In this document: positions 27,911-42,799 of the stretch, one piece after another | Position numbering within the stretch: the stretch's first letter is position 1 | Layout: every line of letters starts with the position of its first letter | Assembly (NCBI GenBank): GCA_043228905.1 | Contig: JBHGNT010000016.1 | Location: 18,786,001-18,850,000 of the forward strand | Length of the DNA: 64,000 nt | Direction: 5' to 3' | Source of the DNA: Azolla caroliniana | Taxonomy: Eukaryota; Plantae; Polypodiophyta | Program-made: the position numbers and the translations under genes | Notes under the pieces: model-generated | What the model saw: only the letters and a program-made list of their open reading frames with translations | Databases searched by the model: none | What the model was told of the DNA's origin: nothing

Positions 27911-29555
27911 TTCTCCATAGATATATGGAACTTCTTATTCAATAACATAGCTATCTATATGTATATGCCACTTTTTTGCCTCAGTTGATATGGGCATTTC
28001 TTCTTCTCTATGGATATAAAAGACAGATGGATTCTTTCTCTCTTAATAGGAGGTTGGATTTCCCATTTGTGGAAACAATTTTGACAATAAATGTGACATT
28101 TTTATTCTTTTGTTTTTACCTTTCACATCGCCACTTCCATAGATTGTAACTTTGTCTCTTGGAGGGGATGTATGGCCTTCCTGGAGGAGATTTGATAGGA
28201 AATAGCCGGCAAAGCCATTGGAAACAACATATGTGTAGGGTATGCCAGCATCCTCGATGCTCCTTCGGACTTCTACTTTCGCGTGGAACAGGCTTCGGGC
28301 AGGTTCCAAGGAATTTGTACGATCGACATCGTTGCCAAACTCCGATGGGAGAAACCTCTATGCCATCAATGTGAACCCCATTTAACAATGAAATTTGAGG
28401 ACATCACATTTCCAGAATAAATGATACAATGGTAATCAAAGGCATAATGTTTAAAACCAATGTACAAACATTCAAGAGCACCAGAATTTCCAAATAGAAT
28501 GGAGAGAAATCGCAATTCAAGCCCACACTGTAACAATATGTCATAAAAGCAATGCAATTCGAAGGCATAAAAGTTTTCCGAATGGGATTACAAGAAAGTG
28601 CAATTCAAAAAGTCCATACTTGCAATGCAATGCCACAAGTTTTCATAAAAGCAGTGTGATTCATAGGCATAAAATGTCTAGATATGACCACAAATAGCAA
28701 TGAGCAATTCAAATTTCAGACCTTGATCGTGCCAGCTTCTTTGATGGCGTCAAGGACCTTGAGCTGATCCTTGAGCTGAGCTCCCCCAACAGCAGAGATG
28801 ACCACATCCACTTGCTTAAATGCGGCTACAAGGCTCTCATGATCATCCAAAGAACCCTAAAAAACAAATCAGAGAAGAAAAAAGGGGAACATTAGGTGTT
28901 CTGTCTTAGGAACAACTCCGAAATAATGCTCAATTTTTGTCTTTACCCGACCATTTTTCACTGTTTCCACAAAATGCCTCAGGTCAAATCTCAAGAAGAA
29001 AGAAAGAAATGGAGATGATATTGTTTTCCATATGATTGCTTAGACAAGACAGGGGATTTAGCAAGACATGGTTAGGGGAATGTTGGGGAAGTAGATTCAA
29101 TCTGTTCTATTAGATCTATGCGGAGCATGTTATGCCACAAAACCTTAAAGTACCAGAAAAGAAATGGAACCTATTTCCTCAGTTTGATCAAATATAAGAA
29201 ACCTTAGGACCACAAAGGAACCCTCATGAAAGTAACCCTAGCTACCATCAGATTGGGATGGCATACTAGAAGAAAACAATCAAATGAAAAGAAAGAAGAG
29301 TGAGTGACTAACAATTAAAAGAAGGAATCAGAGATGCATGGTGAGAGGGAGGGGATTTGTTACCTGGAGGATGGTGATGCCTGCGGATTGGAGGGATTGG
29401 ACAATGTCAGGTTTGGAGGCGATGGTGGAGGGTCTGATGAGGGCGAAGGTGGGATGGCCCAAGGATGCCCCTGCAAGGGCTATGAACTTCCCGATGTAGC
29501 CTGTGGCGCCCAGAACCAGGACTCTTTTGCTCTCCTCTGCTCCATCTCCTGCCAT
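27227..29555 (-). CDS. isoflavone reductase-like / phenylcoumaran benzylic ether reductase-like (NmrA/PIP family), 310 aa
   Basis: Exons 29555-29364, 28856-28722, 28357-28120, 27699-27496 and 27390-27227, all GT-AG, 933 nt in frame; GATGYIGK Rossmann motif, [34 protein letters not shown]. Confidence 0.93.
27803..27905. repeat. (CATA)n/(TA)n microsatellite in intron 3 of the reductase gene
   Basis: Direct reading. Confidence 0.9.
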
Positions 29556-32500
29556 ATCTCTCTGTCTCTCTCTGTCTCTGAGAAATCAAAGCTCAAGTCT
29601 CAGAATCAGAACACAGTGGGAGAAGAAGAAGGAGGGGGTATATATATATATATATGTATATATATGGGTATATATATATAATATATATATAAAGGCTAGA
29701 TTTAGTTCTTACACAAATGAATGTATTTGTTTTAGTTTGTTGTGTGGAATACAAATGAATGAATGTATGTATCTGCTTTCTCCCCATGTTTTGTCTTTGT
29801 CTGAATGTTCGTCGAGGAATTGGGTTGTCTGCATTGGTTTCGGTTGTGTGCGTACGTACGTACGTGTGTCGGTTTAAGTTGTGTGTGTGTGTGTGTGGTC
29901 TCTGCGTCTCTTGGGTTCGGTCGGGTTTGGATCGGGCTGGTATACCATGTCTTCTTTCCCAAGTGCTCGTGTCTGACTTGCAATGAATCCACCTTTCTTT
30001 GTATGCTTATGGCAAACCTTTCCTCATCCAGTTCCGCCTTAAAATGTATCTACTTGGATGGGATCAGGGTGTTTGTACGCTAATTGGCTTGTCGTCATCA
30101 CATTCGTGCTTGTTTGGAAGTGTGCGCGGCATGCCTTAAAAATGTGCGGATGTTATAGGTAAGCTTGAACTTAGGAACAAATTCTAAATGCTACTTTCGA
30201 TGGGTTTAAAGGGCGTGATATAAGCGGGAAACCAGATATCATAATAAAACTTAGGACAAACCCATAAGAACCTATGAAACATGGCAACATACGGCCATCT
30301 GTTGAGCCAAAGGAGTTGGGCAGGAGGATAATCGGTTTCTTGCTTTACAAATTGTCCATGCAATTATGTCTGCAATGCTTGGATTGAGTTTATCATCCCG
30401 ACTCCTAATTTGCTCCTCTATAATCTTCATCAAAATCATCTCTAAAGTCCCATTAGTTGTTGTCTACGCCAACCCCTTGGCCTGAAAATAGTAGGCTTAC
30501 TTTCATCGTCTATAATGATTTCGTGTATGCTTGGTATCCCAAGTCTTTTTTATGTTCCCATAACTTCAAGAATGAGTTGGAAAAACCAAAGGGAAATTCT
30601 AGAGAGACAGAAAAAAGGGGAATCATACTATTGAATCAAAGAGAAACTCTTAGGAGCTTGTGAGGAGGAATTAGATATATGTGTAACCTAGCAAGGTGTC
30701 ATGTCCATCATTTGCATTGGCGTTTTATCGCTTGGGACTATTTATCCCCATAATGCTAGATGCATCTAGATAGAGGTGAGGAGTGTCATGAGAACCCTCA
30801 TCCCTCGTTGATTTTGCAGTGACCCCATAGTATATCATAGTCCATATGCTACTATATTCTGACTTTGTAATTATACATTACTATTTACGAAAAAAGAAAA
30901 TGGTGACAATCTCATTTAAAGAGTAATCCTATTGTTCTGATTCTTTATTGGCGTGGATGTGTTAATGTCATGATCATAAAACAAATTTACAAGGAGCACA
31001 TTCACATATGCATGACCACAAACAGTTACAATGAAGAGGTTTCATAATGAGCACAACATCAAACCAAGTGTTCAAGACTCAAATTCTATGAATGTTGTAA
31101 AGCACTCGGTTTGCCACTATGCCATCATGTATTTGAAACTTCATCATTTCAACATAGTCATCAAGGTGAATCCATATCACAATTTTAATTAAATGATCTG
31201 TTGGTTTCATAATGTGATTTGGAGTTGTTGTATTTGTTTTTTTTTTCCAAAAAAGGAGTTGCTTTCTCATTAGTTAGGAGAGATTTTTACAGAAAGACTA
31301 TACAAGTATATAAATCAGGTAATCACCTCTCGATCAAGTTCAGAGAATATAAGACTACGTACATACTCTTACTTTCTACTTAATGTAAGTAGGTATCTAG
31401 AGCTGTAAACTAGTGGCAATCATTGTCGACTAGCACAAGCCAAATCCTCTGGCCTTCAACGAAGGGAGGGTTTACCTAAACCCTGCATTTGTTTTACTTC
31501 ATGTCATGTCCCATAACTTTCTTCTTATATATTAACATGGTAATTCTACATCTCAAGAACTATTGATCCTGAAAATAATTTGTGATTGATTGCAATAGTT
31601 CACCCACTTGCATGGGAGATTCTATCACCTAAGCCTTAGTGAATCTTTTGGGTAAAAGATTCCAACCAGACCCCCTTATGTATATTGTGTGCGCGCTAAA
31701 ATTCCAACTTATAAAATGAGTTGCTTTTATATTAAACAAATCAACAAAGAAATGTTGCTTTAGCCACATCTTGTAAGAGGACTACCGCGAAGGAGACACG
31801 ACATAGTTGAACTTTCCAAAAGATGGCTAAGTGTAATGCATTACGATTATAGGCTAGATTCAATGTATTTCAAAAACTAGCCAGATTCAATGTATTAGAA
31901 ATAGTACCTCGAGTCAACACATTTGAATAGTTAGTGAGCATACCACACATACTGCATGTTTCGTGATGACAAATATGTGATAATGACAAGAGACAAGAGG
32001 CACATTAAACATTACGTATCTCATATATGTGTTCCCATCAACTAGAAATTATTTTAAGTCTTTTTATTTGTCTTTGAAGTTTTGATACTAATTTCAAAAC
32101 ATTGTGTGCAACAACATGGTGTCAAATGCCAGTTTTCTAGCTCTAGGTGAATACCAAATATAATTCATTTAGTGATATGTAATATTTGAATAGTTAATGA
32201 GCATATTGCACATAGTCCATGTTTCGTGATGACAAATATGTGATAATAATGAGAGACAAGAGGCACATTAAACAATACGTATCTCATATGTGTTCCCATC
32301 AACTATAAATTATTTTAAGTCTTCTTATTAGTCGTTGAAGTTTTGATAGTGATTTCAAAACATTGTATGCAACAACATGGTGTCAAGTGCTAGTTTTCTA
32401 GCTCTATGTGAATACCGAATATAATTCATCTAGTGATGTGTATTGTTTGTGTTTCATCAACCTCACTAATTTTAATTTTCTTAAAAAATTGACATTCTTC

Positions 32501-33901
32501 AATAGCAAAGGGAATACAAATCATTGTTATATTAAAGCTTAGGTGACTTTTTAATGTAGAAGCTCGAACGAGAATATCCATGTCTTGCATTTTGTATCTA
32601 CATGCAATAGTGAAAGTATATGCTTCAACAAAGAGGAAGGCGGGGGCAGGAGAGCGAGATAAGTGATAGTTCCTTTTTTGTGCATAGGAGGTTGCATCTC
32701 ATTGTCAGATTTTGTAAAACATCGAAAACAAATCCAACTCTTTCACTTTTTTATAAGGTAGATCGTGGACGCTTTTTTTTAGTCCCATGACTTGCCCATC
32801 AAGAATCACAATTTGAGCTTAGTGCAAGAAATGAAGAGTGCAAGCAACTAAAAGAAATTGTATTTTTCAAGTAAATCGCTCGTTACTCATAACTTGCACA
32901 ATGCTCTTATAGATGCAATAGAAATGCTTCTCCTTGCGCATAATCTCTCGAATATCCGACAAGCTTATGAAAAAGGTCAACACATGTCATGATACTTCAA
33001 AAAGGCCATACAACATGCACTACCAATATTTGTTCTAACAAATGAAACCCACAAGCCAAGTAACTGTTCATCCTAAATGTCTTTTACATGTTTCCACAAA
33101 CATAATCATAGTTAAAACCCTCACCATATTTTGTTCCCATCTCTCTACTTCTCATTATCACACCATGTTATTACACATACACGCACCCAATCTTCCAAGT
33201 ATCGTCCCTCGACTAGTAAATCTTAAAAATGGGGCCTTCCCATTCTACACATATTTAAATTTTGGTGATTTTAACACCATAACCATTCTATAGCACAACT
33301 ACCAAGCATAACACCATTATAAGAGGAGTTAGCATTGGCACAGATATATGTATGTGGTTAAAATATTGACAATATTTGACCTCCAATGAATCATATCATC
33401 TACGGTGATACACATCCAAACATGTACACAAACACATACCTACACAAATGAAATGTAGAAATGGTTTCTTATTCAAATTATTGCTTGATCTGGTAAAATC
33501 CCATAAACTGTATCACAATATAAAAGCTATGATCTTTAACTCAGCAGGTACTTCGAAACCCGTGAGAAACATTGGCCTCACATGAAAAGCAAGTAGTAAA
33601 AGCCGGATTCATTCAATAGTTCACCCCTCTACAACGATTGGGAGATAATCAGCCTCTACTAATGAAAGGGGGGAAACGATAAGGCATATATATGAGGTCA
33701 GAAATAATTTTTACACCAGTGGGGCATAGCTTCCCTCGAATCTCGAATACAAGTTACTTTCGCAAGAACATGAGAAAAATATAAACGTTGCACATATATA
33801 TATATATATATATATCTCTATCGTGCATTTCCACCATAGCATGAAACTAGGGCCTAAGTACTTCCATCCAATACTACATATATTGTAGACCCTTCCAGAG
33901 G

Positions 33902-36900
33902 CTACGCACTTATTGCTTCCTTTGGTTGGCTAGTGACACCACCATTGTTGCTTGTCGACAAGCTTTGGTAATAATCTACTAAGACCTTCCATCCACCGGG
34001 GCACATAAACCCATCCGGAGGTTTCTCCCCTGACTTCGCAAAATTGCGCATCTACACAAATCAAGGCAAAGTTGATTAGAGTACCTATCAAATACATTAT
34101 AAATCATTATGTTATTCTTTACCCACATTGTCGTAAAAGATTCAGTTCATTCTTTCCCATTATTGAGTTATAGATTAAGATAAGTCATGTATACCTTAGT
34201 GCCTGAAATGAAGAGAAAATCATCAGCCCGAGATGGATCAAAAAATGCCATCTTCCCTTGAGATTTGTCATAAGCCGCAACCTATGTTCATCCAAGTGTG
34301 TGCTCAGTACATTTCAAAACGTGGGTTATTCACGAATTAAAAAATCTTTTGACTTGCGAGCAAATTTTAAATAAAAATCAAGACTAGTTGCTACTGTGGT
34401 GTTTTAAGAAAACACTCTACTTAATTCTTAAATAATGTTGTTCCTTTTTTTTTCAAACATCAAGACACAAATGAGTTGTCTGGATCTGCCCTATTCAGGA
34501 GTACCACAAACTTTTAAAACATTTTCTTTTAGCTTGAAGATATTAGGATTATATTTTAATGTGAAAAAAAGTACAGGAAATTCAAACTATCAAGGCCACG
34601 AAAGTCCAACTAGCAGGCCAGCAGGAATTGCATGTAAGACTTTGCCATCCATCGAACAGATCCTTTACTGTTTTCTTTCTTTCATTCATTTGAGCGTATA
34701 TGAAAGAAATCCTCGGCGTTCATAATTTTCTAACAAAATAAATGGACGACTAGAAATCACTTTTGTTTCTGCTTTCTAGGAGGAGAGAATAGGAGTTTAT
34801 AATTTTCAAATAATTTTTGTTAGAAACAACCAAACTCGTCCCTTTGCACCGTTCTCTATCTCTCTCTAAATTTTCTAGAGTTTCTCATTTACAATTTTCC
34901 TTGGTAAACCAGGAAGGGATGTTTTGGAAATTTAAAAATCGAAGGGATTTTTTAGGGAAATTTCCCTAGATTAATTTCGATATTGTTTTCCTGCAATGAT
35001 GTAAAAAAACATGTGTAGTTTCAATTTATGCATGATTTGGCACAATCACTATAAACCTTAGGATTGAACTATATCAAACATGAATAATGGGTTTGAAAAG
35101 CATGCCCGAAATGGTAGAATGTTGAGACGGTCGAGACCAGGAGCCATGCTAAGAACCAGTTTTCCATGGTCGGGATCATAAAGGTCCCGCTTCTGTGTTG
35201 GATGGCCCATGCCGGCCGGATCACGACCAACAATGTAGAAATCTGCACCTGCATTGATCCGAGCTTTTGCATGCCATTGCACTTCTGTAGGACCTGCATA
35301 ATGCATTGGCGAAGGGAAAATCGCCACGACTGTACTCTCTGGGTCCAAAACACCTTCTTCGAGTACCTGTGCGAATGCAAAAGATTCAAAAAAGCTTCTT
35401 CCTTCAGCATAGATGACCACTCCATTACTGGCCAAAGAATTAAAAAAAGATTTCGTTCTTTCGGGTTTGGAGATTCCCATCATGTAGGAGGAAAAAGAAA
35501 ACAGGCGATTCTGGAAATGCCGCTCTATTCACCAACCCATTTGCGAGAATGCCCAATCAAATCATCACATCTCAATGCAGGTGATGCGGACATCAAAATT
35601 AGAAGTATGGTGAAACTCGCAAATCTGAGAAAATAGAGTGCAACCTTCTTCGAAAATTATGCCCCGAAAATCAAAGAGGAATCATCCATCACCTTCTCGT
35701 GTTGCTTCATGCGCCACTCCAATGGGACATCGTCCACCTTGGTATAACCACCGAGCGGATGTAGAAGCAAGATAGGGTTCTTATAACCCATTTCAAGCAA
35801 CCGCTTCCTGGTATCTGTCATCAGGAGAGCGTGACCATTGTGTACAGGATTCCTCAATTGGAAAGCAAACACTGCATCCGCTTCTTTTTCTTCAAAGATT
35901 TTGCGGAGCTGGGCTGGCGAGAGGCGATATTGATCAAGGCCATCATTGTATTTGATGGGTTTTAGTACCTCTAAATCACCACCCACAAGCCAGTTCCCGG
36001 AATTTGTTATAGCTTCTTCAACATAAGGCAAGCCAGGGGCAGTGGTGCCCCACGTCCTCGCGATCCTCTCCTCCTTATTGTGCTTGTAGAACTCGATGCT
36101 TCATAGGACATAGTGCTCCATCAGATTTGAGATATACTGAAAGCAAAATCGGACCAAACATAACATCTACACACAGACATACATACACATAGGCGTACGT
36201 GCATACATACGTAAGTACATATAGACATACATACATTCTTCTACGAAACGTGTGAGCGTATATATACATGCCATCTTCTCACATACATCCCATAAGTATA
36301 CAGGTATACATACATTTCAGACTGTCCGCGCATAACTCTGCGTACATTACATCCTTCTATACACATACCACAAAGAAATGTATACGTATATGCATATTAC
36401 ATAGACATATAAGTACACATGGACGGAACATATACATACATTACATGATGGTGTTCTATAGGATTGTTTGTTACCATCCAACAGATACCAAAAAATCAAC
36501 CAAATTTTCCAAAGGGGGACCTTAATTATACATACATACTCTTAATCATACATAACAACCGGGAGAGAACAGAAGGAAAACAGTAGATAAGACATGGGAC
36601 TTACTTGCGCAAGATGGCTATGATGTGGTCACCTGAGGGCGACTCGAGGGCCAAGGACGTAGAGGACCCAATGGCTTCCTTCTGATCCTCATGTACGGCT
36701 AGAACAATGGGTACGGACATGTTGACGATGGAGCCATCAGGCATTCGCAGGAAATTGAAATGCAAAGTCTGCAGGTACTCGGATTGCCTCATAAAGCCTC
36801 GCAGAGGGCTTGCCCAGCCTTCGGCCACCACGTGGACCCACTCCCGGTCGATGGGCGAGAGCTTGACACGTGGCAGGGATCTGGCCTCCTCCACACGTGC

Positions 36901-37170
36901 CTCCCGCAGAGGGGGTGGGACCACTAGATCCACTAGATGGCCGCCATCTGGCGCGATGAGGGCCCTGCAGCCCTTCAACTGCCCAGACTTGTAGACGGCA
37001 TTAGGGCGAGGAGCCAAGGAGAGGAGATGGCTGCGCACGAGCTTTGATGATGGAGGGGTGAACAGCAAGGATTTCAGAGAATTAGGGTTAGGGTTAGGGT
37101 AAGGGTAGGAGAAGTTGTCGTTAGGGTAAGGGGAGATGAAATGAGACGTGGGCGAAAAGGCGAGAGCCAT
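33902..37170 (-). CDS. APS: ATP sulfurylase (sulfate adenylyltransferase) with a probable plastid transit peptide, 489 aa
   Basis: Exons 37170-36605, 36098-35693, 35366-35106, 34281-34195 and 34051-33902 (1470 nt in frame); [38 protein letters not shown]; Ser/Pro-rich N-terminus. Confidence 0.95.
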
Positions 37171-37328
37171 GGATCTTCTGAGATAGGGGGAGGGAGGGAG
37201 GAGACGGGGAGCGATGGCGACCTGCCTTCTTCTTGATTAGGGTTTTTCTTTTGGTTAGGGGGTTGGGGGGGAGGAAGCAGCAGCAGCAGCAGCACCAGAA
37301 CCTCTCCACCCAACTACATAGAAGAATC

Positions 37329-37330
<2 letters not shown>

Positions 37331-37376
<46 letters not shown>

Positions 37377-37440
37377 GGAAGAGAGAGAGATAGGAGGAGA
37401 TGGAAGAGAGAGAGAGAGAGAGACAGAGAGAGGAGATGGA

Positions 37441-37474
<34 letters not shown>

Positions 37475-37477
37475 GAC

Positions 37478-37508
<31 letters not shown>

Positions 37509-37510
37509 GA
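37331..37510. repeat. interrupted (GA)n microsatellite in the APS 5' region
   Basis: Direct reading. Confidence 0.9.
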
Positions 37511-38011
37511 CATGGCTTGACTGGGTTCCGGTTCGGGGCCTGACTCAAGTCGGTCGGTTCTTATGGACATGGCCGGTTCGGGGCCTGACTTGGCCGGTCG
37601 GTCAGTCCTTCCGAATATGGCTTGACTTTGTCGATCTGTCAATCGGTCGGACATTCTAGGCATGACCTAATCGGATTCTGGTTCAATGCTTGAACCCCCC
37701 GCCCCCCCGGGGAAACGCCTCTCTCCGCTCCCCTGGGCCTTTTCTGATCTCATCATGCATTGTCTTCTCGTCTCCTCATTGTCGGTCTCTCTTTGTGTAC
37801 TCGATTGATTGTATGCAGTACATATCTCTCGTGGCATTCATTCGTTGCCGACCCACTCACTACCTTGCCTTTTGTCGAGTACTACATATCTCATGTCTAT
37901 GCGCTCCCAACGCATAATCCTTGTTTGCATTATGTGTTGTATTGCACACCTCCCACCAATGCACATATATCCTTGGCACCACCGTGTAGGGTAGTGTGGT
38001 GTAGCACAATG

Positions 38012-38012
<1 letters not shown>

Positions 38013-38058
<46 letters not shown>
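38013..38058. repeat. (TG)n microsatellite
   Basis: Direct reading. Confidence 0.9.
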
Positions 38059-38059
<1 letters not shown>

Positions 38060-41000
38060 TTGTGCACTATTATGTATGCATTGCCAATTATGTTAGCCTC
38101 TTTTATATGGAAAGTTCTTCGAGATGTTATGCAAGGTCATCTTGTATTGTTGAATCGAGCACCCATATCACACAATTTAGGTATACATGCATTTCAATCC
38201 ATTCTAATAGAAGGATGAGCCATTTGTTTGCATCCCATCAATTCGTGGGGGGGTTTAATGCAAATCTTGAAGGAGATCAAATGGTTGCTCTCTATATCTT
38301 GCCACAAAAGGAACTGTTGGTATGTTTGGCCGATTGACTGTCCTTTTCCCCTATGATTGTCATGCCATTGTTATGTATGCATTGTAAATAGTTAAAATTG
38401 AATAAACCCTAATCTTTTGTATGCTAACAAGGCATCATGGTTGGGGATCGGGCTTCCTCAATATATGTAACTCAAAACAACTACCTAAGGCTTGATTTAG
38501 ATCGAGTGATTTAACATATCATGAAGCATACTATGCATGTAGGTAAACAATATCACTCAATGGGCACGAGAGAAAGGAGGTGGCGTATCAATATTTTTTC
38601 ACAAGAAACTAATACTCTCTTTGGATGTAGTTGCTCCATGCTTGCCTCTAGTTGCTAAGTTCAGCCACATATAACTATTTTCTATGTTCAAACACTAGAA
38701 GTTTGGAGAATTGTCACAAATCTAGTTCTATCGATGTTCACAAGGTTTACAAATAAAATTGTGTAGCTTTGCAAGAATTCTAACCAGGGGATGACTCGTT
38801 ACTTATACAACTAAACCAAACATCGGAAGGGAGGATTTGGAATTATAAAAGAAACGCTAATGTGAGGTTCATACACCTAAAGAGGATGCTTGATTTTAAC
38901 GTGTGACGGGGATCATTTTAGTGGCTACCCATTGGACAAATAAATTTTCATTTTTAGTGAACATAGACACCCAATACTTGGATCCTATTAATTGCCGTTT
39001 CATACTCAAGGTCAAGTTTCTACCATGATCATATCGGTGGCTACCCATTGGAGAAATAACTTTTCCTTTTTAGTGAGCAACTCGGGATTGCACATACACC
39101 ATGTACTTGGATCCTATTAATTGGCGTTTCATACTCAGGATCATAGAACTCTGGATATCTACAATGATTGCTCACCACAATTAGTAAATTTGGAACGATG
39201 GAGTGGGTCACCCAAGACTAGGGGAATTCCATTAAGTTCCCAATGGCATCACTAAATGTCAGTTCATCGAATTCGAGCAGACAACAACCTCTTGTTATTT
39301 GGATAGGCTTTTTTGATATAATTGCAACTTCTTCTACAACCATACGATTACTTATCTTAGTTTTTTGTTTCCCTTTTGCATCAATAATTCAAAACGTTTT
39401 CGACAACACCAAAATTTAAAAAGGTACGTGAACTGTGACAGCGCAAATAAATTAAAAACAATGTTTCATCAAGAACGTATTTTTCTTATCAAGGGTACCC
39501 CACGCCGAAGCTTTATGAATATCATTTGATCCTATAATAGATCAATGACTAGACGTATCAATCAATGGCATGCAATATAGGACATTTGGTGCATCATGCA
39601 TATCATTTACAAAAATAAGAAATCATAGTAACACCACATTTCACAATCACTTACAAAAATAGTCAATGTAGTCTAAATTCTCAGTAAGAAAGGTATATGA
39701 GGCTTCATGTAAAACCCATTGTAATCTAATTTTGTTAATAGTGAAAATGACAAAATTGTACACCCATTTCAACCAAAATAACAAAAGGAAATCTATAGAT
39801 TTTAACTACATCAATTACACGATTTATGAAATGAAAGAATTCGTATTTGTATGTGAAATGCAAAAGAAACACAAGTTTAGATAAGTACATCATCTCCCAA
39901 AACATAAGGGGATTCTTTGGGTACAACGTAAAAATTTGAGTTCGAGAGAGATACTAGATAGTCAATGTGTGTGGAAAGTATTACAATATCGATGGGTTAG
40001 TAAAGCACTGCTTGGTTCTAATTTTAACAAAAACTTGAATATGTACAGAATATATGCTAAGTTGTACATCACCTAGAATATTTAAGATGTGATTTTGTCA
40101 TCAACAATAGTTCTCTCTTTTTTCTACATTCTCAGCATATTGGATATTCATTCATCCCATTTGCGTACTTCGTTGATAAAAAATATGCATGCATTAGGTG
40201 GATTTTACTCTTATTTATTTACTTATCCTTTGACTTGGCTTGGGCGACTAGGTTCAGATGGAGTTTAGAGTGATGCTGACAAGATAGATTGATAAAGAAT
40301 GGAGTGAGAAGGGTGGCCATATCCGTATAAAATTCTTTACAATTCTATATATAGAACCATTTTTGCAATTTTCATTCACCATTCTCTTTAATCCTAGTAT
40401 ATCGTGGAAGAAATATTACCCCTAGAATCCTAATATTTTCACTCATTGTATGGTGAAAAATGTAACCTTAGTATAGAGACATCATGATCTCAAACTAAAG
40501 TTATGAAAATATTTTAAAATGAATAATAGTAGGCAATGTCTTGTTAACATTGTTTGCTAAAAGGAAATGCTCATTATTCTCACTTGTTATTGTTATCATG
40601 GTAGACAGGTGTTATTGTTATCATGCTAATGAGTTTCAAATGTGTATGTCTCTGGGTGGAAGCTCTAGGATTTTGGGCTAGGACATGGATGAAAATATAT
40701 TAGGAATGAAAGGTGGTTACAACATCATGAAACATATGCACTACAATGGATTTGCAAGCTTAGAAAATTGTGGAAAACACATAAATAAAAACTTGAGTAG
40801 CACAAATTAGGTAAAACTGAACCTGTTCCATATTGCTTAGATTGAGTTACCTACAATAATAGAAAGCTTTCTTGACTTCCCCATCTCTTGATGACTTTAT
40901 AATGAGGTCCCATATATAGGGTTTCTCATGCGACAATGATGTGAGGGCTTGTTGTCCATTCTACCGCTTTGAGCTCATGCTTCAAACTAGTTTAAGTGCA

Positions 41001-42799
41001 TGTATGTGCTTTAATTATTTTCTAAATCCATTGAATAAATCTTTCATGTCTATGATTGCTATCTTAGTGGTAGTCACAATACTTGTAATATATAGGTTGA
41101 AGATTTTTCCTTACTGGAATAGTCTCCTTCATCATACCCCTTTTGCAACCATTAAGGATGCTTTGTTTAGAGGCGGTTCACATTGCGTGCCATAATCAAC
41201 AGGACATTGTGGGTTCTAAAGGATGACTTTGAGTGTTGGCAATTCATCCAAACTAACTATAGGGCCACACTCCATTGACTATTTCCTATTTGTGAGAGCA
41301 ACAACCAATTAGGAACTTGATAAGGAGGAAGATGCTCCTTAATTTCAATTCAACACTTTTGCTAGCTGAGTAGTTGTTGAGGTAACAAACTCAACCACAA
41401 ACTCCTTGAGGTATATGGGTGAATTTAAACGCACCATTGACTTTATGAATAGGAAATGCCTTTTGTAAGAAGATTTGAGTAGAAGGAGATTTACTAATTC
41501 AATGGAAACACAATAAAACAAACATTTTACACTTAACAATGATCACTCTTCATGACAAATCATCATGATATGAGTATTGGTTGAATGATGGCCCGCACTA
41601 ATATATGTTTTACTCTTTATTGTTTTCTCAAGTTACAACCCACATACATTGAAAGGCACAAACAAGTTTGCGTATAGTAAAGGTGAAAACAAATAGCTAA
41701 AAAGAGATGGCTAGAGGCATGGCATACTACATACAAAGTAGCTTTTACGAAAATGCTTGGCATGGAAATGTTCTTTTCCAAGGGGACGGGGACTCATTGA
41801 TTCAATGCAAATACAACACAACACAACAAACATTTTACAAGTATTATTGCTCATTAGAAATCATCAACATGTTAATCACATGTATTTACACATCATTCTT
41901 TTATTTAATGTCCCCAACTCTACTAGTGAGTCCATGTATTTGTGGAACCTCGAAGAGATTTCCATGTACTTGTAAAATACACACTTGCCATTGAAGATCG
42001 ATTTCCTTGTCAAGGTGCTACAAGATTCCCAAGACGTGTTGCTAATAGACCAACCACTGTTGATTTCCCTTATATATGTGTCATTGCATTCTAAAGTATA
42101 TTTGGGCGTTTTACAGAAGATCCAAGCATCCAAGCATCCATTTACCATGCATTCATACACGAAGAGCTTGTTGCATGGTGCCTTTGAGGCAGAATCCAAC
42201 CATGTGAACGAGTTGAAGGGGGTGAGTTCGGCCCAAAATTGAGACCTTAACCATGAACTCTTTATTGCCCTAGTGTTGACTTCCATCAATGAGTTGTTTT
42301 ACCACTATGGGCATGCCATTGACCATAGCTCCATGGATGATGTCATTGAAACCCACCACCACCCCCAAGTGGCTCCGAGAAACCACATGTGTTTTCGTGC
42401 ATCTCTTTCCATGTGAATCGTTAGGGCTGTTAGAATAATGTTAATGTAGAAAACATATTACTATTATCTTATTTTAGTATTTTATTGTTAGGAAATAAAT
42501 GTACCGCTTCATATCACTTTACATGAAGAGGTGCACATTTTGTAACCTTCAATATAACACATAACAAATAGCATACATTACACATTTTTGTGCTCTCTGT
42601 CTTTTTATTATTATCATCATAATTAGCTTACCCTATCGGTAAGTTGTTACACTTCAATCCACTATGTCTTAGGTTTAAAACCCAATTTTACTCACCTCTC
42701 TATTATATACTTCATACATATATCTTAATTCATTAGATGCCACTTCCAATTCTATAGCTTCAATATGGAAGACAATCAATCAATTAAAGGAGAAGTCCC

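Noticed and set aside
37081-37110. Telomere-like TTAGGG repeats
   Set aside because: Only a few units, encoding PNPNPN in the APS transit peptide
27227-37170. Reductase + ATP sulfurylase as a biosynthetic gene cluster
   Set aside because: Only two adjacent genes with no known shared pathway; adjacency alone is not evidence
37121-38337. ORFs rich in ER/SL/CV dipeptides
   Set aside because: Translations of GA and TG microsatellites
38400-42500. Short ORFs such as 41876-42289 in the AT-rich intergenic region
   Set aside because: No recognisable motifs or splice structure; probably very old TE debris
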